From Hyaloraphidium curvatum SAG 235-1 (Eukaryota > Fungi > Monoblepharomycota): a stretch of 64,000 bases of DNA. Shown piece after piece: positions 15,320-26,800 of this stretch. The stretch's first letter is position 1; each line of letters begins with the position of its first letter. The notes under the pieces are model-generated. The model had not been told where the DNA came from. It made no database searches and saw only the letters and a program-made list of their open reading frames with translations. Position numbers and translations under genes: made by a program. The DNA is taken from NCBI GenBank assembly GCA_025558095.1, contig JAIVFI010000002.1, positions 930,001 to 994,000 of the forward strand. Direction: 5' to 3'.

Positions 15320-18300
15320 ATGCCGTCGATGCGCCGCGGGGGGCCGGGCCACGGCGCGCGGCGGCAGTACGACCCGGACGGGCGAGGGACGAAGAGCGGC
15401 AAGAGATATCTCGGCGACAAGATCAAAGAGCACTGGCAAAATGCCCAACAGGGCCTCTCGATGTTCAACGCCATTCGGACCTTTTCGGAGGGGCGACTGT
15501 TCGTGCTCGACTCCGGCGTGCTCATTGTCGACTTTTCGTGGATAGTGCATCGGGTGGCGCCCATGTTCGCTTGGGAGCTGGTTCAATTGGCTTTCGGCGA
15601 CGAGAACCTGGATCCTCTGAGCGCTGCGCAGGCCGAGGAAATCTTCACCAAGTTGGCCACGGGGCTGATGCGCGAGATCTGGAAGGCCCTGGCGCCCACG
15701 AACAGGCCGCTGCCGACGGGCTACCGGGTTGTCATCATCCACGAACTGACGGCGGAATCGGCCAAGGAACTGCTGCGCAAGGAGGGTCCGGGGGTGTCGT
15801 TGCCCGAGACAACGGCGGAGCTGGACGAGTTGCTCAGCCGCCATGGAGACTCGTGCCCGCTCCGTCCTCTTCCCTTGCTGGTTCCTGGCTATCAAGGAGG
15901 CGCAGCGGTTGCGGCGCTTGGTTCCGCCGTGCCGACGAACGGGGATGCTGCACCAGCGGAAGCCGCAAACTTCAACTTTCTGAGGAAGACCGACGTCGAA
16001 CGGGAAAGCCGGACTCGGTCTTCGGCGTCCGCGGCGTCCAAGGGCATCAAGCGCGTGCTGGTGGTTCACGGTGATGGGTTCAAGCGCACCAACAAAGTCG
16101 TCGATCCGCGGAGTAAGTGCGTCGACACGCATCTCTACACTGCGGCTGACGGGCATTGCGACAGAGCTTCCCGGTGCGCCACAGGCCGCGACAAACGTCC
16201 TTCTGTCGGACCCCATGTTCAAACTTTGCCTGTTCAGGGCGACCCAGAAGGTATTCGAGACTCCCGATATGAAGGACAAGCTGCCCGCCGTCGTCTCGCA
16301 CATTGTCGTCGGCGAGTTCGACCCGGCGGCCTTTGCCTACGGTGGGTTTCACGCCGCGACGTCGCCTGCGGTTTGGCGCCTTGTTCTGATGACTCCCGAA
16401 ACAGCGCGAAATGTCAAGGCGGAACGCGCTCCCAACGCCCGACCAACATTTGTCGGTGTCCTGACCGTCGATACCGACTTTTCCGCTTTCAACGTCGGCA
16501 GGTACATGGACGCCATGCTCGACGGCATCGGCAAGCAGAAGCGGCTCCTGCCGCTCGACAGGGTCAACCAGCTCTTTGGCGGCGGCTGCTCGCCGCTGGT
16601 CATCGCGTTCGCGGTGGCCGTCGGCGGCACCGACAACACTCTGCGTTACGGAATGGTGGGTGATGGTTTCGATGGCTTGCCGCCAAGACTGCGCTGACTT
16701 GCAGATCCAGGGTCCGAAGGCCGTGATCGACCTGCTAGACCAGCTCGGCCTTCGCAAGGACTACACGGAACGGGTGCCGGGCCAAGGCCCGCAAGAACTG
16801 CTCGACGCCCTCCCACGCGGGCCGCAGGTACCTGAAGAAGCATGTTGTCGAGTTTCTCGAGAAGGATGGGCAGGACATCGTCAAGGCCATCAATGCGTTC
16901 CAGAACCTGTCAGCAAATGGACATTGGCACCTGCCCACGCTCGAGATCGCCGCCGACCAGCTCAAACAGGATCCCTTTGCCGGCTTTGCCGGCAAGGGAA
17001 CGCTTGTCGGGGCTCATTTGGCAGCATGGGACGAGGAGCGCCACAGGCTTCGGAGGCCGAAGCTTCAACTTCGCTTCAAGGAGGTTGGTCGCTTCATTCC
17101 CCGCGATGCTGCGACTGGTCGGCCGATTTCTGACCTCGCTCGCGCAGATGAAGGACAATATAGGGAAGTTTCGTCGGGGTGAGCTGCCTCCCAAGGTCGA
17201 GCCGGATCGGGGAAACTACCCGCTCCGATGGTTGCGGGAGGTCAGGTTCAAGGCCGAGCGGCGGGAGCGGAGCGAGAAGGAGAAGAACAACAAGTACTTG
17301 AGACTTTACGGCGAGGAGAAGAAGGCCCAGGGCAAGAAGGTCGCCGCCGAGCAGGGCGTCGCCGAGCAGCAGGTCGCAGCCGAGAAGGTCGAGGTCGAGA
17401 AGTTTGAGGTCAAGACCGGCATCGAGAAGGTCGGGAACGGCAAAGAGGGCGGCGGCAGTGCGGGCCGGACGCGGGGCGACGGCGTCGCGCAGAACCCCGA
17501 CACCGGACTGTTTGAGCAGCTTTGGTTTGCAGCTTTTGCCAACCCTCATTTGCACCCCGCGCAGCCGGCGGAGAAGCTCGACGGCGACGAGGACGACGAC
17601 CGCTACGGCGACGACGTCAGTGTCACCGAAGGCGGCTCGCCTCGCTCGTCCTCTTCGGCATCTTCGTCTTCCTCCTCGCAGGCCGAGCCCCGGTTCGTGC
17701 CGAATCCCGGCGGTGTTGTTCCCCGCACCCTTTCGCAGCTGCCTCAGATCCCGGAGGAGCAAGGCATGGAGCAGCCCCGCGTGCTGACGGCGTCCCCCGA
17801 GCCGATGGAGGGCGTCGAAGAGTCCGACGTCGCGTCGTCGGCGGCGGGTTTTGGTGCGTCTGTCGCCGGAGAGAGCAAGGTGCGCTCGCCCGCTAAGCGC
17901 CTGAGCTCTGCCGGCTCCGATCTTGCTGGCGACGAGGGAGAAGGCGACGAGCACTCCGAGGGACCCGCGCCCAAGATCCGTACTCGTGGTGGCAAAGTTG
18001 CGAGCAGCGAGCGCTCCGCGTCGGTGGGCTCGGACAGAGGTTCCGGGGGGTCGAGATCCGGCGGGGACGGCTCGGACTCCGGCTCGGGTCGGGCGTCGCC
18101 GAGTTCGTCGCGGGGCAGGTCACCGGCGCCCTCGCGCAAGGGTGGTCGTGGTCGCGGTCGCGGTCGCGGTCGGGGTGCAAAGGCAGCGACTGCGGCAGGG
18201 GCTGGCCCGTCACCGGCAGCCGGCAAGGAGAAGGAGCCTGCTGCCGACCCGGCTGTTCAGCGTGCGCAGGATGTGGGGCGGGAGCTGCTGAAAGCAGTTG

Positions 18301-21300
18301 GCAAAATGTCTTTCAGGTAAGTCACGGTGCTATTCGGGAGTCATGGGAGCTGACCACGTACTAACTGCGATTGCAGCGGCCGGTTCCGCACCACGGGACC
18401 GCAGCAGGATGCGCTGTTTAGCTCCATCAAGGATGAACTGAATCAGGGGAATTACAAGAGCTTCCAGATGGTCGCCGAGGACATGGCCTGGGCCATCAAG
18501 AGCGGCGCCCGTGCGCGGGTCTTGGAGCTGGAAGAGCTGCTTGCGCGGGAGGGGTCCGAGGCAGAAATGAAAGCAGCGTGGGAGAAAGAGAAGAAGAACA
18601 TCAAGGCGGATGAGACGGTCATGATGGTGAGCTTGTCGAGGCTCGCGCTTGCGGACAGCACTGACACTTGTTCTCGTGCAGACAACCCTGCACCGAGTGT
18701 ACGACGATCTTGTCGAGCGACGTCGGCAGGCCGAGATCGAGCGTCAGGCGCCGGGCTCCAGCAGCTCGAAGAAGCCTAAGAAGAAGGGCATGGAGCACTC
18801 AGAGAACACCCTGAACAAGCGCTGCTTCTCCGCCATGAACGCGATCAAGAGCCGCCGCGGCCCAACGCTCGAGAATGCCATGAACCAGTACCGCATGACC
18901 TTCAACCGGGCGGCGAATCAAGTACTTGAAGCGCAAAAAGGTCTCTTTTACCCGGAGCTCCAGGTCGAGGCGATCTTCAACGAGGTCTTTGAGCTCATCG
19001 GGGACCAATTGGTCGGACCAGCCGAGCCCCGCCCGGCTCGCGACACGCCGGAGTGGAATGGTCGTCTCGAGGAGTTCCGTGCCGCGCTCGATGGAAGCAA
19101 TGCATTCGCTGTGTCAGGTGCTTCGTTTGTCGCCGAAGCGATCAAGACGATTGCTTCGCTGAACGTGCTCAGCCGCGCTGCGGGCCACGCGGCATTGCAG
19201 GCCGCCGCTGTGGAGGGCTCACCGGCGCTGAACCAGTTCACGGACTCCCGCTTCGGCGTGCCTGCTCCCTCTGCACCCTCTTCGCGCCCTGTGCGCGCTC
19301 GTCCTTCGAGCGGGAGTTCTGCAGACATTCCGGCTGGCGCTGGCCCGATCAAGGTCTCTTCCAAGGAGCCTTTGGCCGAGGATGACGGCGCTTTGGCTCT
19401 GTATGCGCACGCCCACCAGGCCGTCGTCACCGAGGCGCGAGCGACAGTCCAGCCAGATGATCGGACCGCCGTACAGTACAAGGCCGTGTTCAACCTGTTG
19501 AGGAGTGGACAAATTATGGAGCAAACCAGCTTCCGCCCCGGTACCAAGGAAGCGATGAAGTATTGGACCGTCTGCAGGTTCTCCCCTTTGGATCCCCCGT
19601 TCAAGCGGGAGGCCTTACTGGCCTTGGAGCCTCCGATCGAGGCGGCCGGGGCTGGACAAGAAGCGAACGCCGAGACGGTGGCCGAACAGCCGGATGAGAC
19701 GGTGGCGCCGGCCGAGCCTGCGGACGTGCCAATGGAGCCGGCGGACCCGGCCGCTCGGTTGCCCGCGGGGCAGCCGTTCCACGGCATCACGGCGGCGCAG
19801 TTCGAGGAACAGACCGCGGTAGTTCAGCCGGGCTGGAGGAAGGCGCTGGCAACCACGACCTCGACGGATCTCATCTGCACGCGAGCGCGGCCATCGAGCT
19901 CACGCAGTGGTCCTGCGTGGCGCTGGTTCCTCACCCTGACGGTAGCGGCCGCCTCCTCCTCGCGATGAAGTCGCCGCACCCCATCTTCTCCGTCTCGTCG
20001 ACCGGTGTCGCCGTTGACAGCCCACTCGTCTTTGCCGCGCAGCTCCTTTTGCCCCTGCTCCTGCGCCGCATGACCAAGCTGCGCGCTGGCGACGAGCTCT
20101 TCGACCAGCACTCGGACTGGACCGGCGGAGTCCCGCCACAACTCGCTGGCTACGCCCGCGCGGCCCTCCAGCCCGCGATCAGGCGGGCGATGGAGCTCCT
20201 CGCCGAAGGCGGCTTCGACGTCATGCTCCGCGGACGGCTGCAAGGCGATGGCCTCAACAGCGCGGCGGCGTTCGAGAAGGAGGAGGACGAGCTGTCGGCC
20301 CCACGGGTGCGCAGCTCCGTGCCGTCGTCCATGATCGCGCCCGAAACCAGCGTCAAGGCCATCGCGCCGGTGCTGGGGACGAGAACGCTCGCCACCTTCC
20401 TGGACCGCGAAATGCTGCCGGTTTCCCGCCTGCTCCCGGAACGCGTGAAGGATTCCCTGGACATCAAGGCCGACGCCGCTTTGCAAGGCCAGCTCGTTCG
20501 GATCGCGACGGAAGGCAACGACGCCAACGCCATTCCCGACAAGCTGCGCAAGAGCGCGCGTGGCTTGTTGGCGCGGACGGCGCGTGGCAAGTCGGGCAAG
20601 GCACAGGTGCTGAAGGCCGCGCGCGGGGACGGTGAAGAGGACGAGGACGGTGACCTGGACGATTCAGGGGACGAAGAAGACGACAGCGAGGAACCTGGCG
20701 AGGAGCCGGCTGCAGGAAGCGCGCTGGAGAGAGTTCGCACGTGGTCTACACGGTGGCGAGATACCATCGCCAAGCGGCAGTGGTCGGCAGCTCGCAAGGC
20801 GGCCTCGGAAGCTCTCCTTGCGGCTCTGGACACCTTGTTTGCCAACAGCACCGAGGAGGCTGATGTTCAGCTCGCTGTTTTGGACCTCTTGAACCTGGAC
20901 GACGACGTGCAAAGGCTCTTTCTATCTGGCAACTGGACGCAGGCCGCTCTCAACTCGGCCGCAACCGCAGCACGATTCGCCATCGAGACTCTACCCGAGT
21001 TTCGTGCTCTCGTTCCTGTTCCCTCGGCACGCGCAATCTCCATCCCCATCACCGGGACCCTTGCGGCGCGCCTCTTGGTCTCCTGGATCAGGACCTGCAC
21101 CTCGGAGACCAGGGTCGCGGTGGCGAAAAACTTGTCAGCAACGCTGTTCGGGATGCAGCAGCGGGGAACAGTTAAGCCCCAGGATGCGGCCGACATCAGG
21201 GCGATCATCGCGAAAATCGAGCTCGGGTCGGACATCGCCGCCACATCCTTTGCCCCTCACCTCCTCTTTGCATTCGAGGCGCTCTTTGCCGGACTTCCTC

Positions 21301-23535
21301 CTCTCGATCCGCGACCACGAGTGGTTCAACGCGGCGATCGAACTCTTCAGCTCCCTCCGCAATTGATCCCCAGGCCGTTCCTCCAGACCAACGGCTACTC
21401 AACCGTTCCTCTCGGAACCGTTCCGGCTCACCACACCGCGCGCAAGACTGGCAGCGCCGCCGTCACCAAGTATGGAGCCGAGGTCCTCGGCGTCAACTCG
21501 TCCCGCGGCGAGAACATCATCATGGTGAGCCAATTGCCTGGGCCACCTGACAGCGAGCCATCTTCTGACTTGCTGGCACCTGCAGCGCTCCCGTACGCGC
21601 CGCGATTACACTCTGCCGGAGCAACCCGCCGCCGCCGTCGACGTCGCCCCTCTCCCCGCTCAACGGGCCGGAACGGCTCAGCTGATGGACACGGAGACTA
21701 CCGACGACGCCATGAACACGGACGTGGATTTGCTCGAGGCGCCTCAGCAGGAATTCGGGGTCCAGTTGCGGCCCGACGTGGAGGACCTGGAAATGTCAGA
21801 GGCACTACGGGAGGGCTCTACCTCCGAGGAACGCCCAGCCGTGGAGCCTGCCGCCGCCGCGGAGCCTGCCGCCGCCGCGGACGGAAGTCAGCTGCGCCCT
21901 ACCTCCTCGCTGCCCTACCTGCGTGCTCTGCAGCTGCACATTGGAGGGCGTCCGGATCCTCTTCATGCCGAGGGCATCGAGCCGCTACTGCCTCGGGATG
22001 CTCCCGCTGCGGCCGCTGCTCCGCCACCGGGATCGTCGTCGGACTCTTCCCCCACGGCTCCGCCAGCCCCGATCGACGAGGACCTGATCTTCGGCCCGGA
22101 CATGAGCGACACCAGCATCGACATGCTGAGGCATCTGCTTGGCAAGTGCTCGTTCGGAGCCGGTGCCTCCCGCACCGACGGCGCCTTCCGCGGCTGCATC
22201 CCGGAGGCCGCCTTCACCGTCCACCCTGCCAACCCGGCTTTCTCGACGCAATCGTTTGTGATGAAGCAGGGCGGACCCCGCTGCTTCGTCCCGCTCATGT
22301 TCCGGACCGCGGACCCGGACTACGCCCGCTCCGTCATGCTCAACGTACCCTTTGTGTGTCTCGACGTCGGCGACAAGATCACCGCCATCTCGGTGCTCAT
22401 GGCCTACGTAAAGCCGGACGACTCGATCGGCGTCGCTATCACGCGCTTCCACGTCAAGAACACGACGGACAAGGCGAAGCACGAGTCGGCACGAGCGGCT
22501 GCCGAGGCGCAGAAGGACGACAAGTACCGCGCCGACTTCCAGTCCTACACGTCTGGCGCCGGCAAGGCCCGGACCTGGAGCAAGTTCGAGTTCGACGCGT
22601 ACACCCAGAACCTCCTCGACACAGCCGGCCCGATCTTCGACCAGTCGTACAGCCGCGAGTCGCTCAAAGCCACCGAGACCCTCAACCGCGAAAAGGACTC
22701 GCACCTATACAAGATCCTCAACGATATGCTGTTCGCGGTCGATCGCACCCAGCTCATGGTGACCCAGATCCAGGCCAGCTACGCCGCGGCGAAAGAGTGG
22801 GAGAAGCTGCAGAAGCCTGCGGCAGAGGAGCCACGGCAAGACGGGGAGCCGCAGCACTCGCCTGCCGAGGCCGAACACGCGCAGGCGGCTACGATTGCGG
22901 AGGAGCTGATGGAGGCGATGGCGCCGGAGATGGAGCGGGTGCTCGACGAGGCTGATCGCGCAGCAGGGGCAGAACAGGCGGCCGCAGAGGAGCAGGCACA
23001 GCAAGGCGGACCAGCAGCTGACGGGCAGCACGAGGAGGACAAGGAGCGCGCGCGGCGCGAGCAGCGCAACGCCTTCATCGCCGGCAAGGTCAAGGAGGCG
23101 GTCGAGAGCCTCAGGGCTGAGCTTGCCGACGGCCGCAAGGAGCACTACAACCCGATCGTGATCATCGGCGACGGCGGCCATGGCGGGCGAACCCCGGATC
23201 CTGACTCCCTCGCCGGGTTCCTGATGCGGCTGTTCCTCGTGATCTTGCTCATTGAGTGGGGCACTTCTCAGGTAGGCTGGAGCGTTCTGCACCTGCGTGA
23301 CTTTGGCTGACGCATCTCCCAGCGCTGCCCTTCGTGCTATTCGAAGCTGCTCCCTACGAAGGACCTCCACATCAAGGACTGTCCCTCGTGCCCCGGACAC
23401 GACGGCACCGGCATGCTTCGGGTGGAGAAGAACGTTTCCGCGACTCTCTGCTTTTATCGAATCTTTCTTCACATCCTGGCAACGGGCACGCGGCCTCCGG
23501 CCTTCCGTGACCCGACTGCCAAACTCACTACCTGA
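15320..23535 (+). CDS. Giant (~2,500 aa) multi-intron protein: N-terminal FEN1/XPG-like 5' nuclease fused to a C-terminal Fanzor/TnpB-like WED-RuvC-Zn finger module (RuvC D-E-N)
   Basis: XPG-like motifs IVDFS, VHGDG..RTNK, GEFD, LTVDTDF, GGTDN..GMIQGPK. Fanzor-like motifs FRALVPVPSARAISIPIT, FLQTNGYS, VCLDVG, IIGDGG, LIEWGTSQ|RCPSC..CPSC, VEKNVSATLC, TRPPAF. Frames joined by ~9-10 GT-AG introns; the junction near 16770-16875 is ambiguous. Confidence 0.72.
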
Positions 23536-23690
23536 CAAACGAACCAGGTACTTTAGCTGAATGCGTGAGTGCACTGTGGTCGTGCATCGTGGATAGTTTA
23601 CTCATGCGATAAGCTGTTTCGTGGAATTGGTGTTATCCTTTGCGTTTTGGTGGCGGTTCCCGGATTCCAGAGCAGCAGCATCCGTGTATT
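23536..23690 (+). ncRNA. Candidate omega-RNA (Fanzor guide scaffold)
   Basis: Immediately after the stop, AT-richer than its flanks, with nested stems: AGCT/AGCT (23555/23612), GCGTGAGT/ACTCATGC (23563/23600), GCAC/GTGC, GGAATTG/CGGTTCC (23623/23654), CGGAT/ATCCG (23661/23680). Confidence 0.35.
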
Positions 23691-23873
23691 TAGGGGTCCG
23701 ACGCTGGGCCAAACAGTCGTCCCCGAATCCAGCCCTCCCGAGTCCCCCCGCGCCGCATCGCCGGCGCACACCCGGCGGTCCGCAGCAGCACCGAGGGCTT
23801 GTCTCCGTTCGTCGGGGCGGCGGCGCACCAGCGGGACCCAGTGTTGCCGGAACCCGCCCGCCGCGCGCCGACG

Positions 23874-26800
23874 ATGGAGACGTCGCCGACGGCTTTCACG
23901 ACGCACCGCGTCGACCCGCTGCGGCGCATGCTCGCCGATGCGGTCGGCAAGGTCGACGCGGGCAGGCGGGAGGTAATTGCTGCCGCCGGCGCGGGCAGCG
24001 GGGGACGACACTGACGCCGCATTCAAGGACGGCTTCAACGCACTCCTCCTGGCCGCCTCGGCCGCGCTCGATCGCCTCCAACTGCTCGGCCCGAGCTGCC
24101 TGAAACGTAGGCCATCGGTGTCCTCCTTCGAGTCCCCCTCGTCTGACGATGTTTGCCCCCTCGATCCCCCGCAGCCTCCCCCGCCGACGCTTTCGACGCC
24201 GCCGCGGCCTACGTCGACATCCTCCGCACCGCCTCCTCCAAGCTCTCGGCGCTGTTCCTCCCCCCGCGCGCGCCCCACGACGTCGACGCCGCGCTGCAGG
24301 CCGTCGCGGACGCCATCGCCGCCGTCGCGGGGGGGCTTGCCCCCGAGGACGAGGGCGGGTCGCCGACCACCGCGACGCAGCAGCTGCCGGACGCGGGCGA
24401 CAGGCTGCCCAAGTTCGAGGTGGTGGTCACGGAGACCGCGCCCGCGGCGGAGCCCGAGGCGGTGGAGGCGGATGCGGAGCGCGGGGCACAGACGGGCGCC
24501 GCCGAACAGGCATCCGACGCGGCGCCCGAGGGCGGCGACGGCGCAGGCACTCCCTCCCGCGGCCGCAAGATGCACCTCGAGGTCGACACCGAGTCGGCCA
24601 AGAAGAAGCGGCTGGACAAGCGGACGTCCAAGGAGAAGCTCGCCGACGCCATCGCCGAGGCCCTCGAGGGCGTCTCGGAAGCGCGCTCGCCCGCGGACGA
24701 CTGGGTGCTCGCGGGGTCGCCGTCCGTGAGCATGCGGTCGCTGCTCAACTCGAGGCAGGGGAGCTCGGCGACCATCATTCGCAAGCCCAAGGTGCTGCCC
24801 CCCGTCGTCGGGAGCAGGCTGCAGTCGCCCGCGGTCGACGTCGGCGGGGTCATCGCCGTGACCGCGACCGAGGGTGCGGCAGAAGCCACGGCAGAGCAGC
24901 AGGACGAGCTCTCGGTGCAGCTCGTCGACGACTCCGAGCCGGCCCCCACCCCGCAGCCCGAGCCCACCCCCTCCTCCGAGGACCCCTCGTCCTCGGACCC
25001 CGCATCCGGCGACCCCGCCGCCGACGACGCCGATGCCGACGTCCCCCCCGGCCCGTGGAGCGCCTCGGCGTCGATCGCCCCCAGCCTCGCCGGCTCCGAG
25101 GACCACCTCGCCGCCATCCCCGCGCGCGGCAGCTCCATCGTCATCCCCCTGCGCGGGCAGTCCCTGCTCCGCGGCGCGTTCGGGGAGCATGCCCCGCCGG
25201 CGCGCAAGGACTCGCTGCGCTCGGCGAAGGGGGGGTCGCCGGGCGAGGGTGGGATGCGGAGGTGCTGGTCGATGGAGAGGACGTCGAGCATGACGAGCTT
25301 CGGGTACGGCACGCTCAAGCCCGAGAAGAGGCCATCGACGATCCAGGAAGGTGGGCCGTCACCCGGGGAACGCCTCCATACGTGAGCGGCTCTGATGCGT
25401 GACCTGTGTTGCCAGCGCAAGGCGCGAATCAGAAGATCTGGAACAGCTACCAGTCGATCATCGCCGAGCATAGGGCCAAGAACGAGCCCATCCCCGAGGA
25501 GCTGGTGCGCATCACCCTTTCGTGTCACGGAAGGACGCACGGCTGACCAGTACACCGCCAGGCGTGGAATACGATGCACTCGATGATCCAGACGTTCGCC
25601 GAGGCTAGGGAGCAGTGGGACAGGATGAAGCCCCGGCGCTTCGGGCCGGGCGCCAATGAAACCAATCTGCCTCCCCTGCCTCGGAACCTGTGGGCATCGG
25701 CGCTTGCAATGAGCCTTTGTGCATCTGATTCACGCCTCCCGCACCACAGGAGCAGCAGGGGAAGTCCCAACACCAAGTCGCCCGGGCTCGACTCGGCCGT
25801 CAGCGACACCTCGAACGTCTCACCGCACAGCACGGACTCGGCCGCCACCGCCGTCCCCACCAGCGCCCGCTCCCCCGCCTTCGACCTCACCCCCTCGGGC
25901 GACGACCCGGTCCCCGAAGAGGTCCGCCAGAAGCGGCTGGAGCAGTGCGCCATGATCGTGCGCGAGATCTACGAGACCGAGCTCACCTTCAAAGACAACA
26001 TGGGCATCCTCACCGGCGCCCTCGGCCAGCAGATGCGCTCGGCGGCGGCCAACCCCGACGGGCCGCTGCTGCCGCTCTTCGACGTCGAGACCATCTTCAA
26101 GCACGCGCCGGACCTGCTCATATTCAGCCACTCGCTGTGCAACGAGTTCAGGGCCGCATCGGAGAGGTTCGTCGAGGACCAGAGCGCGATCGGGAGGGTG
26201 TTTGCCAACAACGTGGGTGGACGATGACGGGGGTTTCGGCTCGGTGACTGACGGATGCGGCCGGCAGTTCGGGGGTTTCGACATCTTCATCCGCTTCGTC
26301 ACCAACTACTCGCGCGCCAAGGCGACCATCCGCCGCAACGAGCGGGACTCGGCGCAGTTCAAGAAGTTCCTCGCGGAGCGGCAGAGCAGCCCCGAGTGCA
26401 AGAAGCAGGACATCCACTCGTACCTGATCATGCCCATCCAGAGGGCGATGCGGTACTACCTCTTGCTGCACAGTGGGTGCATCGCACGGTCGTGTGCGTT
26501 TCAAGTTACTGACAGTACATTCCTTTGCAGCGCTGCTCAAGAAGATGGACCCGGCAAACACCGAGGCCTACAACCTGATCGAGAACGCGTGCCTGTACAT
26601 GAACGAGATCAGCCAGATCATGAACTGCATGCAGCAGCAGGAGGAGGAGTTCAACGGCCTGTTCGAGATGCACGACCTTGTCGAGTACTGCCCCGATACG
26701 ATCCTGTCGGCCACCAGGCGACTGGAAAAGTCGTTCGTGTGCGAGGATCTCGGCAAGCACAAGCGGCACATGAAGCTCTTTGTCCTCACGGACCTCGTCA

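Noticed and set aside
21844-21880. 18-bp tandem duplication (EPAAAA x2) in the giant gene
   Set aside because: Ordinary in-frame slippage in a low-complexity linker.
14798-23720. ACAGTCGT direct repeat (14798 and 23713) as a target-site duplication of the Fanzor-like locus
   Set aside because: An 8-mer match between flanks several hundred bp long is expected by chance, and there are no convincing TIRs inside it.
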